Below are positions 1-13,017 of a stretch of 64,000 nt of DNA, in pieces (the first letter of the stretch is position 1; each line of letters starts with the position of its first letter). Under the pieces are notes generated by a model. It had not been told where the DNA came from. It searched no databases and worked only from the letters and a program-made list of their open reading frames with translations. The DNA is from Felis catus (taxonomy: Eukaryota). A program made the translations under genes and the position numbers. Where the stretch lies: the NCBI RefSeq assembly GCF_018350175.1, contig NC_058368.1:141424001-141488000 (forward strand), in the 5' to 3' direction.

Positions 1-60
1 TGTCCCTCCCCCATTCATGCTCTGTCTCTTTCTCTCTCACTAATAAACATTAAAAAAAAT
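1..60 (+). mobile_element. Can-SINE 3' end (truncated by window edge)
   Basis: CATGCTCTGTCTCT, CT tract, AATAAACATT and A tail. Confidence 0.85.
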
Positions 61-713
61 TATGGATAAAATGACAAGATACAATCATAGCATTTGAGAA
101 CTGAAAAGGGCCTTTGTAATAATTCACCAAATCTCCTTTTCCACAGATGAGGAAACTAAATTATGACCAAACCCAGTACCTAGAATTGAAGTTGTAATCC
201 ATTACTCATTCAATTTTATCACTTGATGTCTTTTCTTACTTACTCACTACAAAGACTCATAAAAGACTTCTAATCCACAAGCATGCTAAGGTGAAGTGAA
301 GTGAAATGGAGAAAGGTGAGGAGGGGAGAAAATAGATTAGAAAGAAGTATGTTGCCTGGGCAACTCTCCATTTAAAAAAATACTCATAACTACCTGAAAA
401 CATACATTCTTCATCCTTGTAAATCCCCTATGCCTCCACAACACCTCACTGGCTGCAACTCCTTAATACCACCTGAGTTTCTAGTCCTCAATCCCTAACC
501 TGTGGAGGTTTTCTATGCCAGAAGACTCTGGCTACCCTATGAGTCTAGACCAAACAAATTGGTATTGCCCCTAGGCTCCCTATTATCCCCCCAAATTCTC
601 TTTAGGATACAAAATACTTGGTTCCCTAGATAATAATGGGGAGAAACCACCCATCAGCCCAATAAAAATGTTGTATCAAAACTACAAACATTAATTCCAA
701 GTGAGTAATTTTC

Positions 714-1023
714 CAAGTCCACAGTCCTTTATCTTTAATTCCAAAATCCAAAAAGCTCCCCAAACTGAAAATTTTCTTAGCTCATTTGGTGGCAAAACTT
801 CACCTGACCCGACCACACTCTGTGGGGGGGAAAACAACAACAACAAACTTACCTAAATTAACCTGAGGCTTTTTATCGTCTTGACTTATCTATCACATGT
901 GAATATTCATGTATTTTACTGCAGAAATAAAAGTATGTCGATTATGTATGCTGTGCTGTCCAAAAGGATATTTTCTGAAATATATCTAGCACTAAGGATT
1001 TCAGATAAGGCATTACGAGCCTT
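714..1023 (+). mobile_element. MER46C-like TcMar-Tigger DNA transposon relic
   Basis: Starts CAAGTCCACAGTCCTTTATC..CCAAAATCCAAAAAGCTC, contains CATTTGGTGGCAAAAC, ends AAGGATTTCAGATAAGGCATT; degenerate TIRs; family from recalled consensus. Confidence 0.7.
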
Positions 1024-1310
1024 ATAAGCAATAAGCCTTTGGTCTTTAGGTTTTAGGATTTCAGCTTTATTTCTCGGACCACCTACTAGCTCAGTGACTT
1101 TGAATAAGTCCTTGGTTCCTAATAAGTTTGAGATAATTACAAGAGTTATTTTTCCAGAAGAATCAATAGAACTTCATGACCTATTGGTAACTAAAGCATC
1201 AGAGGTGAAATTAGGAAGTGCAGAATGCCTGAGATGCGCTAAATTTCTTACCTGTTGGCATTTGAGACAATGTGTAAAGATGGCGTCCTGGCAGATGTAC
1301 AGATAGATTG

Positions 1311-1457
1311 CTTGGAGTTTTTTCTCTGGAATTACCTGCCATCTCAAAGTTCCAATTTTTAGTTTCCTGTGGCTCTTTCTCCTACATCCACCAGAAGGAA
1401 ACAGAACTAAAAACTGGACCTTTGAGATGGCAGGTAATTCCAGAGAAAAATTCCAAG
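1311..1457. repeat. Long inverted repeat (about 54-bp arms, 31-bp perfect core)
   Basis: 1319-1349 is the exact reverse complement of 1420-1450; arms extend to 1311-1364 and 1405-1457. Confidence 0.97.
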
Positions 1458-1479
1458 AAAGACAGTCACAGAGAATGCC

Positions 1480-1800
1480 AGAGATAAAGGAATCTTTAAA
1501 AGAAACAGAAAGAACCATCCAAGAGAGAAGGCCAAAAACTACAGCACCATCAAAGCCAAGATAGAACGCAACTTTCTAAAGGGAGTGACCAGAAGAATTA
1601 AATGCTGGAAAAAGATGAGGGATTTTGAGGTGTGTAAGCAAATGGGGAAATATTTTGGAAGGAAGTCACTGCAGATTTTGAAAGTGTAGTTACAGTAAAG
1701 ACTACAAGGGAATGTGTGATATTTGGTGAAGAAATGGGGTGACTGATGCAGAGCACTCATTTGAGAGAAAGTACAAATAACTGTAGTAGGGACATGAAAA
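1480..1800 (-). mobile_element. Degraded L2 fragment
   Basis: Purine-rich L2-like motifs (AAGCCAAG..GGAGTGACCA..AAATGCTG); old and approximate. Confidence 0.4.
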
Positions 1801-2883
1801 GGAAAACTATAAAAGTAATGGTATATAATTCAAGCATTTGAAAAATAAAAGGGAGTAACAGTTTCTACTTTTTAGAATAATCTAAACATTTTTCCCCTTA
1901 CTAGCATCAATTTTATATTTGTCTGGGGCTTAGAAAGCATCTGATTTATTATTCTGCTTAAACTTTGATAAGGAGAAATAACTATAATTTGCAGATGGTA
2001 GAGCGAACGCACAGAGTTTAACTACTTTGCTCATTACTACTACTATTTCTAGTTCGTAAGCCTTTATTGATTATATACTATCTACAGAAAGCCATACTAG
2101 TGCCATGCTTATTATAGTGCCTGGCATTATTCAGTGCTTAGTAACTTTTTAACTGAGTTGAACTAGGAATATTTGGATTTAATGTCACTATAATCAATAT
2201 AGACCTATGGACTACCAGCCACTTTCTTAGTTCAACAGTCTTAGTAACGATGAGAAATAGAGTAGAATATATCCACATATATACCAACAAACTGGAATAT
2301 AAAGAATAAAGATCAAATCACAGTTCAGTAAGATCTGAACATTGAATACTGACTATACTGACTGAATTAAATGCCCACTCATTTGAAGCCTAAGTAAACA
2401 AGGAAAAAAAAAAGGATCTGAATGAAGAATTTGAATTATCTAATCATTTTATCAAATAACAATGGGGCATCTAATTATCTGGAGAATTTACAAGTATTTC
2501 AAATTATAAAAAAATTATATATGCTGACTAGGATTTTACTAAATGTGTTTTCTTACACTTTTTATAACTTATATTTCATAGTTCAAAATAGCAGAGTAGA
2601 GGGCTTGCTTCAACAGCACATATACAAAACAGCAGAGTACATGTGTTCATCCACAGGGATAAAACTATCAGGTTACTCCTAAAGAAAATGTGACAGTTTA
2701 AAAATAAAATAAACTTTTTTCTATTATTACTCTAGAGTTTTTATATATGTCTTAGGTTGGTCCAAATCAAGCATCTTCTACCAAAATACCGTAGCAAAGA
2801 ATAAATCACTGACCCAGGAGTTGGGGTAGGATGGACAGTCATTGCCCCAAAGGCTCCCAAACAATCCTAAGATACATCTTAGT

Positions 2884-3089
2884 GGGGCGCCTGGGTGGAT
2901 CTGTCAGTTGAGCATCCAGCTTCGGTCCAGGTCATGATCTCGCAGTTTGTAACTTGAAGCCCCACACCGGGCTCTCTGCTGTTAGCACAGAGCCCACTTC
3001 AGATCGTCTGTTCCTCTCTCTCTCTGTCCCTCTCCCACTTCTATGCACGTGTGCTCTCTATCTCTTAAAAATAAACATTAAAAAAAAAA
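2884..3089 (+). mobile_element. Can-SINE (SINEC_Fc-type)
   Basis: GGGGCGCCTGGGTGG head, CT tract, A tail; TSD AAGATACATCTTA/AAGATGTATCTTA. Confidence 0.95.
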
Positions 3090-3564
3090 GATGTATCTTA
3101 GAATTTGTGTTACCTGAATGTTCTATTTGATAATACATTTGTGTTTGTTTTAATATAAAACAGTGTTCTGAACTATCTCCCATTTACATTTCACTTTCCT
3201 AAATATTTGTGCAAAATCTACCCTCTAGGAAGATATACCACAATTCACCAATGGCTTTCCAAACCCCCTTTCCATCAGTCCTAGTTTTGGAACTATAGCT
3301 AAAGGAACTCAGGTGATGAGGGGAGTATACAACTTAATGCTTTCTGATCAAATTACTCCTTCAGGAGACAATGTACTGCTGAGGATTACTGGTAAGGATG
3401 GAATAGGCAAGCAATAGGGAGAGTGAGCAGGCCAAGATAAATGAACTCCACTAAAAAGACCAAATTTGCTAAACTTAATAGTGAAGACATATTCATGTTG
3501 TTTTCATTATGTACCATGACATTAAATTAAATGCCACAAGATTCCTTTACTTTGTTTCACTCAA

Positions 3565-3790
3565 GGGTGCCTGGGTGGCTCAGTCGCTTGAGTATCCGGC
3601 TTCGGCTCAGGTCATGATCTCACAGTTTGTGGGTTCGAGCCCCTCATCGGGCTCAGTGCTGACAGCTTAGAGCCTGGAGCCTGCTTCTGATTCTGTGTCT
3701 CCCTCTCTCTCTGCTCCTCCCCCCGCTCATGCTCTGTCTTTCTCCCTCTCCTTCAAAAATAAATCAAAACATTAAAAAAAAATTAAAAAA
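3565..3790 (+). mobile_element. Can-SINE
   Basis: Head with A/B boxes (TGGCTCAGTCG, GTTCGAGCC), CT tract, A tail. Confidence 0.95.
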
Positions 3791-3799
3791 TTTTTTTTT

Positions 3800-4020
3800 C
3801 ATTCATACATGCATGCATTTGTTCAATCAACAAATATATATTATGCCCTTTTGCATGCTAGATGTGTGCTAGGTACTCAAGATACAAAAATGAAAAATAA
3901 AATCCCTACCTAAAGGATCTCACTGTCTTGTGGGAAAGCACATGCAGTATAAGAGAGTAAGAGCTATAAAAAGAACTGTACATACACAGTGGGCACAGAA
4001 AGACCAACTCTTCCCAGGAC
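3800..4020 (-). mobile_element. L2 3' end
   Basis: CATTCAT..TTCAATCAACAAATAT..TGTGCTAGGTACT, the reverse complement of an L2 terminus. Confidence 0.6.
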
Positions 4021-4697
4021 TTAAAAAAAGTAAGTTGGCAAAAAAACTCTAAAACCAAACAAACAAAAACAAAAAACAGGAATTTTAAAAAATAGAGATG
4101 AACTGTTCTACTGACTTGGTGCTTGGATCACTCAGCATTCTTCCTTCAACTTGAAGGAGTTCCTTAAAACCACCAGAATTCTGAGGGCCTCAGTTGGGAC
4201 ACCTTATATCTTATACACATTACCAATTCAAGTAAACAAAAAATTCCAACAAGCCCACTATACATGCAGTTCATCAGAACCATAGATAACAGGACCTACA
4301 AAGAACTTTAAGCTCATTTAGGCCAATGTCCCATCTTAACAAAAACTCCTGAGGCCAGAATGGTAAATGTCTTGCCAAACGAGGTGGAGCTCATTCATTA
4401 GTAATAGTCTAAAGCTTATAACCAAACCAGTGTTCACTCCACTGCAACAAATTCCAGCAGGCATCATCCTTAGCATTCTCTGACTCATTTTCTAGCCTCC
4501 ACTGACTTAAAAAATCTCATAAAAATTTTATCCATCATGAAAACATATACACTTTTTTAATATTAAGGTGATACAGTACCTTTCCAGGAATGTATTTTTT
4601 CTTTAAAGTTTTGTTACAACTTTCAAACATACACCAAAATAGAGAAAGTAGCATAATACACTCTCATATAACCTATTGATCAAATTCAATAGTTTTT

Positions 4698-4912
4698 GGG
4701 GAGCCTGAGTGGCTCAGTCGGTTGAGCGTCCGACTTCGGCTCAGGTTATGATCTCACGGTCCGTGAGTTCGAGCCCCGTGTTGGGCTCTGTGCTGACAGC
4801 TCAAAGCCCGGAGCCTGTTTCAGATTCTGTGTCTCCCCCTCTCTCTGCCCCTCCCGTTCATGCTCTGTCTCTCTCTGTCTCAAAAATAAATAAACGTTAA
4901 AAAAATTTTTTT
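4698..4912 (+). mobile_element. Can-SINE inside an old minus-strand L1 3' fragment (about 4595-5130)
   Basis: Full SINE; perfect 16-bp TSD AAATTCAATAGTTTTT at 4682-4697 and 4913-4928. Confidence 0.95.
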
Positions 4913-5505
4913 AAATTCAATAGTTTTTAAGATTTGATACATGGTGCTTTATTTCCTTTTTTTCTTTCAGTTACCACAAAATTCTAAAGTAAATTCCTGA
5001 CATTGTGTCTATGTCATTTCAATCCTAAATACTTCTATGTGTGTGAGTGAAAAGTAAAGACAATTTTTCTATCACCACAATATGGTCACATATACAAAAT
5101 TAACAATGATTCCTTAATAACATCTAATATCCAATTTTTTTAGTTATTCCAGTCCTTTAAAATATTTATTTCTGATTCACTACAAAACAGTATTCAACAT
5201 TTCGATTTAGCAATACTATTTCTTTTGCTTTTTACAACTTCTATTCTGAACTTGTACCTTACTTACAAGGGCCTTATACATAAGTCATTAACTTCAGGCA
5301 CACCTCCCCAATCCTCATCCCAGCCTTGATATATTTTTAACACTTCAATGATTACTTCAGATATCCTTCCTGCTTTTTCACCCCAATACACATAAATTAT
5401 GGCTCTCATTACTTTCTCCAGTCTATTAAAATTACAGTAAAGCCCCATTAAAAAGACCCTTTTTATATTACAGATAAAACCACATTTGTTATGTGTATGT
5501 CTGTC

Positions 5506-5543
<38 letters not shown>

Positions 5544-5639
5544 GCAGTATGTGATTCATACAGCTGTATTCATAACTCAGTAGGCCTAGTATTTTCTTTT
5601 CTGTGGCAATGCCAAACTGAAGATTGAGTTTGGCTGTAT

Positions 5640-5658
5640 TTATTTTTTAATGTTTATT

Positions 5659-5693
<35 letters not shown>

Positions 5694-5857
5694 ATTAGCA
5701 GGGGAGGGGCAGAGAGAGGGAGACACATAATCCAAAGCAGACTCTAGACTCAGAGCCGTCAGCACAGAGCCTGACAAGGGGCTCAAACTCACGGACTGAA
5801 AGATCACGACCTTAGCCAAAGTCAGACGCTTAACTGACTGAGTCACCCAAGTGCCCC
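5640..5857 (-). mobile_element. Can-SINE
   Basis: Reverse-complement SINE with (GA)n; TSD TGGCTGTATT/TGGCTATATT. Confidence 0.95.
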
Positions 5858-6489
5858 TGGCTATATTTGTAGAGTTCATACGGTTACTTTCTTAGCCAGT
5901 GCTTCTAACAGTAATCTCTTTTATGGAATCTAATTATTCTTTAAATCTCAGCTTGAAACTCCTTCCTTTTTCAGAATATTTTTAAAAAATAAGGAAATTT
6001 TCTCAAGATAGCTACAACACAACTGGAAAACTTAAGCCTTCTGTAAATATCTCAGATCATTCCATAAGCTTTAGTTTAATAAAAGCCTAACTCTAGGTCA
6101 CCTCAGCAGAGCAGAGATACCCATAATTTTGAGAAATAAATATAAGTGGCTAAATGTTCTAGCAAAAATATTGTCAGACCGGATCAAAAAACAAAGCCTA
6201 ACTCTGTGCTATTCAAAATATACATGTATTAAAAAGAATACAAAAGTATTAAAAGTACATGGAAGAAAAACATATACCATACAAACACTTGCAAAGAAGA
6301 AGCTAGTGTCTTTGGAGTAATACCAGGCAAAAAATTATTTAAGGCAAAAAAGCAATATTAGAAATAGAGAGGGATAATTCATAAGAATAAAAAGCTTGAT
6401 TCATATGAAAGATGCAATAATTCTAAATTTGTGTGCACCTAATAATCTGACCTCAAATATATAAAGCAAAAATTTAGAACTAGAGGTAA

Positions 6490-6528
6490 AATCATGAATA
6501 GAAATTGACAATCATGAATAGAAATTGA
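6490..6528. repeat. 20-bp-period tandem duplication
   Basis: AATCATGAATAGAAATTGA at 6490-6508 and 6510-6528. Confidence 0.9.
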
Positions 6529-6538
6529 TAGAATATAT

Positions 6539-6576
<38 letters not shown>

Positions 6577-6682
6577 TTAATCAAAAAGACACTTGAGCTG
6601 ATTGATATTATCAGATTATCCTCACAACAGCTCAAATGAATTTTCAAATGCATACAGAACATTTAAAAAAATTAAGCATGTG

Positions 6683-6825
6683 TTAAGTTTCTCAAATTCC
6701 ACAATTAGTGAAATCATACATCCATCTTTCTCTGACTTATTTTGCTTAGCATAAAACCCTCCAGTTCCATTCTTGTTGTTGCAAATGGAAAGATCTCATT
6801 CTTTTTCATTGCCAAGTAGTATTCC

Positions 6826-6875
<50 letters not shown>

Positions 6876-8058
6876 CATACACATCACATCTTCTTAATCC
6901 ATTTATCAATTGATAGACATTTGGGTTCTTTCCATAATTTGGCTATTGTTGACAGCACTGCTATAAACATTGGGGTGCATGTGCTCCTTCGAATCAGCAT
7001 TTTTGTATAAATTTTGGATAAATTCCTATTAGTGCAATTGTTGGGTTGTAGGTAGTTCTATTTTTAATTTTTTGAGGAACATCTACACTGTTTTCCAGAG
7101 TGGCTGGACCAGTTTGCATTTCCACCAACAGTGCAATAGGGTTCCCCTTTCTCCACAACCTCACCAACATCTGATGTTTCTGGAGTTGTTTATTTTAGGC
7201 ATTCTGACAGGTATGAGGTGGTATCTCATTATGGTTTTGATTTATATTTCTCTGATGATGAGTGATGTTGAGCATCTTTTCATGTGTCTGTTTGCCTTCA
7301 TGTGACTGGATGTCTTCTTTGTAAAGGTGTCTATTCATGTCTTCTGCCCCTTTCTTTACTGGATTATTTGTTTTCTGGGTGTTGAGTTTGGTAAGTTATT
7401 TATAGATTTTAGATAATAACCCTTCATCCAATATGTCATTTGCAAATATCTTCCCCCATTCCGTTGGTTTCATTTTAGTTTTGTTGATTGTTATCTTTGC
7501 TGTGTAGAAGCTTTTTATCTGGATGAGGTCTCAAGTGTTCATTTTTGCTTTTATTTTCCTTGCCTCCGGAGACATGTCAAGTAAAAAGTTGCTGTGGCTG
7601 AGGTCAAAGAGTCGCTACCTATTTTCTTCTCTAGGATTTTGATGGTTTCCTGTCTTACATTTAGGTCTTTCATCCATTTTGAATTTATTTTTGTGAATGG
7701 TGTAAGAAAGTGGTCCAGGTTCATTCTGCTGCATGTTGCTGTCCAGTTCCTCCAGCACCATTTGCTAAAGAGACTTTTTTTTCCATTGGATACTCTTGCC
7801 TGCTTTGTCAGATGAACACAGCGGAAGGGAAGGAAAAATAAGATAAAAACAGAGAGGGAGGCAAACCATAAGAGACTCTTAAATACAGAGAACAAACTGA
7901 GGGTTGGTGTAGGGGTGAGGGGGCTAAATGGGTGATGGGTATTAAGGAGGGCACTTTTCAGGATGGGCACTGGGTGTCATATATAAGAGATGAAACACTG
8001 GGTTCTACTCCTGAAACCAAGACTACGCTGTATATTAACTAACATGAAAATGAATTTT
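6683..8058 (+). mobile_element. 5'-inverted (twin-primed) carnivore L1
   Basis: 6683-7810 is inverted ORF2 3' sequence and 7809-8058 is forward 3'UTR; TSD AAAAAAATT(A/G)AGCATGTG at 6665-6682 and 8059-8076. Confidence 0.92.
6828..6872. repeat. (TG)n microsatellite
   Basis: Pure dinucleotide run. Confidence 0.98.
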
Positions 8059-9119
8059 AAAAAAATTGAGCATGTGCTGAAAAGCAAGTCTCAACAAATT
8101 CAAAGAATTGAAATCACAGAGACATATTCTGTGACTACAATGTAACTAAGCCAAATGACAGTATTTTTAAAAGATAATTTGAAAATTACCAAATTTTTGG
8201 AAAACAAGAAATCAACCTCTGGAAACCGAGGCAATGGCAACCCTGAATCAGCAACCAACAATCATCTGATGAGAATGTTCCACTGCTCGCCACCTCATGT
8301 TTGGAAGCAGCTCCACAACTTTGGACCTGAGTAATATCCAGAAATAGAAATATGGGACAACTGACCAAAAGATATCCTGAAAGGAAGATTCTGGGCTGCT
8401 GCCTTATATGGTTAATGGATATAGAGGAGGGATCAAGTGATTAAATAAATAGAAAAGATATCATCATCTCTGTTGTTCTGGCTGGTGAAGTGAGTCTTTC
8501 TGGTTACACCTAGTTCATCAAGCAATCAAAGGTTTGTGAATACACTGGTCAGAAAGAGGATGTGAATTCAAAATATTATTTAGAGTTTATAGTAATATGA
8601 CTCCTTTTTCAATAATTTTTAAAATTACCTATATTCAAAAATATAGACATTTATCTTTAGAATATTTTAATTATATTTAATAAATGAAATCTAATAATGA
8701 AGGTATGATTTTCTAAATGCATCACATTTATTTTACCTATGTGATTTCATTTCAGCATTACTGCACCACTGTGAATTAGACCAACTTACAGTTTTGGTAT
8801 TCAAGATTCAGAGATAATGTTTGAAAAGTTGGACCAAACACCCAGGTTTTTGGATCAAGTCACTGCATAAAATAACAGAGACCTTCAAATAAACAAATAT
8901 ACCTTTAAAAACCTTAGGATAAAGAGTATATAGGGAGTTGGTATTTCTCGTTCTATCCACCCTGGCCAATGTCCATGTCAACTACCTCCCTCTTTGAATT
9001 TTTAGAGCAAAAAAGGAGGAAAATGGAAATGCTACTTGTCAAAAGAAGAACTTGAAAGTAGATTCCTGATTCTCCTTCCCCATCTTTCCCAAAATGTGGT
9101 CAAAGGGCTCTCACATGGG

Positions 9120-9255
9120 TGCTTGTTACCAATGAAGAGTTCTAGCCTTGTCTAAAAACCTGTGCCTAGGATCTCTCAGGCAGTTTATGTGGATATTCAT
9201 TTTTAACAGCTTTCTCAAGTGGTTACTCTACACACTAATGTGTAAGAACCACTGC
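9120..9255. mobile_element. MER5A-like hAT-Charlie relic
   Basis: CATTTTTAACAGC..AAGTGGTTACT..AAGAACCACTG terminus. Confidence 0.55.
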
Positions 9256-9979
9256 CTCACATATTAAAGTCCTAATATTAAAGTTATTTGACCAACAGCA
9301 TTTTTCAACATCATATCATTACTTATAAAGCCCTAATGAATGGGTCTAAGTTTAAATCGTTATGAATCACAGACTATTTATTACTCTTTACATTTTTCTA
9401 TCTCATAGTTAATTTACCAGAAATGGATCTGCTTATAAATTGGCTTTTGAAATAAATACCATATGTTGTGTTAAAACATTTCCCTTCTGTTTTAAACTAT
9501 TAAAATATATGATAGCCTGAGGAAAATATATAAAACCTCAAAAGAAAGGTCAACACTGAAATTGGAACCTTACAATAAAATGATATGGAAAATATGAATA
9601 TGGCTTGTTTAGTCTAATTCTGCCAGAAATTCAGGTACTCCCTTTCATTATGTCAGACAGTCACCACAGTAGTATTTAGATCTTACTCAATTCTGATAAA
9701 ATGCACTTTGGTTAAATAAAACTGGATGATATGAGGTTAAGTCAACTTCTGCTTTAGAAATGACAATGCTTAGTGGAAAAAAATACTTCAGAAGCTAATT
9801 ATAAAATAATACTAAATATAAATGAAAACTGATAAATGAATTCATATTAAATTTAATTTTTTCCTATAGAAAAGATCCATTTTCCTAATGTCATTTATTT
9901 ACTAACACCTTATTTTTCCAAGTGAATTCTAAGCATTCCTCTATCATGTCCTCAGTTCCCATAATAGTATTTTGAGAAA

Positions 9980-11105
9980 GGAAAAAGGAAAATTACCAAT
10001 CTCATTGATCATGTACATAATTTAGAAATCCAAAACAAAAAAATATTACCAAACAAAATCCAACAATGTATAGAAAAGATAATAGATCACAACCAAGACA
10101 TGTTTATTGTAGAAATTAAAGACTGGGCTAACATTCTGAAACCAATCAGTAAAATTAAGAACATTACTAATAGAAAAATCACATGATAATCTTAATACAC
10201 ATAGAAAAATCACTCAATAAAATTGACATCCCGTTGTTATTTTTACAAAAAGAATTTTCAGCAAATCAGGAAAAGAAGTGAATTCCTTAATCTGATAAAA
10301 ATTATCAGTAAAAAACCAATAGCAACATCTTACTAAATGAAATAGTTTTCCCTTGAAATGTAGAATGAGATAAGAATGCTTACTGTCATTACTTCTATTC
10401 AATTATGCACTCAACAGCATAACAGTACAAAAGGCAAAAAAAAAAATCTTTAAAGGGTACAAGGATTGGAAAGAAAAAAATAGATCTGTTGTATTCACAG
10501 CTGACATATTTAACTGCATACAAAGAAAATGCAAAAAAAAAAAAAAAATCTACAGATGAACTCTTAAGAACACACATCCACCAGAATGGTTAATGTCAGA
10601 AAGATCACCAACATCAAAAGAAGCAATTATGTGGAGCAGTCCAACACTCATTCATTGTTGGTGGGAAAGAAAAATGGTATAACTACCCTATGGCACAGCA
10701 ACCCTACTACTAGGTATTTGCCTAAGAGATACAAAAATATATACCCACAAAAAGATTTGGACAACAATACCAACTGCTGCTTTATTCCTAAGAGCCCTAA
10801 CCTGAAAAGAGCCCAGGTGTTCATCAATAAAAATATATAGAAATAAACATATTCATAAAATTAAATAACCCTGGTCACTAAGAAAAACCAAATCAACAAA
10901 ATGAATGATCTCAAAAACAAACTTAGTACAAGCAGTCCTATACAAAAAAAAAAAAAAGAATATACCAAACAATTTTATTTTTATGAAGCTCCAGAACAGA
11001 CCAAACCAATCAACAGTGGGGCAAAAATCACTCTGGTTTTGAGAGTTTGAGGATAAGAATTACTGGCAGAAAACATGAAGGAATTTCCTTAGGTAATGAT
11101 AATGT
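9980..11105 (+). mobile_element. Old degraded L1 (ORF2 remnants and 3'UTR)
   Basis: L1-like DNA (AAATCCAACAATGTATAGAAAAG; AAAATCACATGAT; CTAGGTATTTGCC). Confidence 0.7.
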
Positions 11106-11106
11106 T

Positions 11107-12360
11107 CTCTTTTTTTTTTAAGTTCTTTATTTGAATTCCAGTATAGTTAGCATATAGTGTTATATTAGTTTCCAGCGTACAATATAGTGATTCAGCAATT
11201 CCATATATTACTCAGTGCTTATCTCGGTAAGTGTACTCTTTAATCCCCATCACCTATTTCACCCATTCCCCCAACCCACCTCCCCTGTTTTCCACAGTGG
11301 CTGTCAAAATTTACATTCCCAGAAACAGTGCATGAGGTTCCCTTTTCTCCACATCCTCACCAACACTTGTTATTTCTTGTGTTTTTTTATGTTAGCCGTT
11401 CTGACAGGTGTGAAGTGATACCTCATGGCAGTTGTGATTTGCATCTCCCTGATGATGAGTGATGTTGAACGTCTTTTCATGTGTCTGTTGTACACCTGTA
11501 TGTCTTCTTTGGAGAAATATCTGTTCATGTCTTCTGCCCATTTTTAATTATATTATTTGGGGGTTTTCTTGGTGTTGAGTTGTATCCGGTTTTTATATAT
11601 TTTGGATACTAAGCCTTTACTGAATATTTCACTTGCATATATCTTCTTCCATTCAGCAGGTTGCCTTTTAGTTTTGTTGACTGCTTCCCTCGCTGTGCAG
11701 AAGGTTTTTATTTTTATATAATCCCAAAAGTTTATTTTTGCTTTTATTTCCCTTGCCTCAGGAGATTTATCTAGAAAAAATGTTGCTATGGCTGACATCA
11801 AAGAAATTACCGACTGTGCTCTGTTCTAGGATTTTTACAGTTTCAGGTCTCACAGTTAGGTCTTTGATGCATTTTGAGTTTATTTTTGTGTATGGTGTGA
11901 GAAACGGGTCCAGTTTCAATCTTTCACATGCAGCTGTCCAGTTCTTCCAGCACCATTTATTAAAAAGACAGTCTTTTCCCCATGTATATTCTTGCTTCTT
12001 TTCTCACAGATTAATTGGTCATTTAATCATAGATTTATTTCTGGGGTCTCTATTCTATTCCATTGATTTATGTGTCTAGTTTTGTGCCAGTACCTACTTC
12101 TTTGATTCCTACAGCATTGTAGTATAATATCTTGATATCTGCTATTGTAATAACCTCCATATTTGTTCTTTTTTTTGTCATATTTGTTCTTCTTTCTCAG
12201 GGTTGCTTTAGATACTTGAGGTCTTTTGTAGTTCTACACAAATTTTAGTATTATTTGTTCTAGTTCTGTGAAAATGCTGCTGGTATTTTGATAGGGATTG
12301 CACTGAAACTGTAGATTGCTTTAGATAATATGGGCATTTAAGAATATTAATTATTCTAAT
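11107..12360 (-). mobile_element. 5'-truncated carnivore L1 with internal deletion
   Basis: Poly-T at 11109-11118; 3'UTR to about 11287 joined to ORF2 sequence; peptide KAKINFWDYIKIKTFCTARE. Confidence 0.9.
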
Positions 12361-12971
12361 TAATAAAACAAAATGACAACGTACTGAAAGGAAGAAGATA
12401 TTAGCAAATGATATATCCAATAGGGAATTAAAATCCAAAATACATAAAAAAAATTGAACAACTCATTACCACCCCCCCAAATAATATGATTAAACATGGG
12501 CAGAAGACCCAAATAGACATTTTTCCAAAGAGAACCTCAAAATGACCAAGAGACACATGAGAAGATGTTCAACATCACTCATCATCAGGGAAATGCAAAC
12601 CAAAACCACAACGAGCTATTATTAGCTTACATCTTTTAGAGTAACTAAAATCGAAATGATGAGATGTAACAAACAATGGCAAGGATGTGGAGGAAAAGGA
12701 ACCCTCATGTACTGCTGCTAGGAATGTAAATTGGTACAGCCACTGTGGAAAATGGTATGGAGGTTTATCAGAAAATTAAAAATAGAAATACAATATGATC
12801 CAATAATTCCAATATTGGGTTTTTAATCCAAACAAAATGAAAACATTAATTTGAAAAAATATACCTGCATGTTTATTGCAGCATTATTTACAATAGCCAA
12901 GATACGGAAGAAAGCTAAATGTCCATCTACAGACGAATGAATAAGGAAAATGTGGTGTGTACACACATGCG

Positions 12972-13017
<46 letters not shown>

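Larger units (their letters stand above)
6128..8205 (+). mobile_element. Old L1 endonuclease-region fragment (host of the 6683-8058 insertion)
   Basis: Degraded ORF2 endonuclease DNA (TGTGTGCACCTAATAA; TCTCAACAAATTCAAAGAATTGAAATC) continues on both sides of the nested insertion. Confidence 0.7.

Noticed and set aside
2884..2970. tRNA-like A/B boxes in SINE heads
   Set aside because: Part of tRNA-derived Can-SINEs, not cloverleaf tRNA genes
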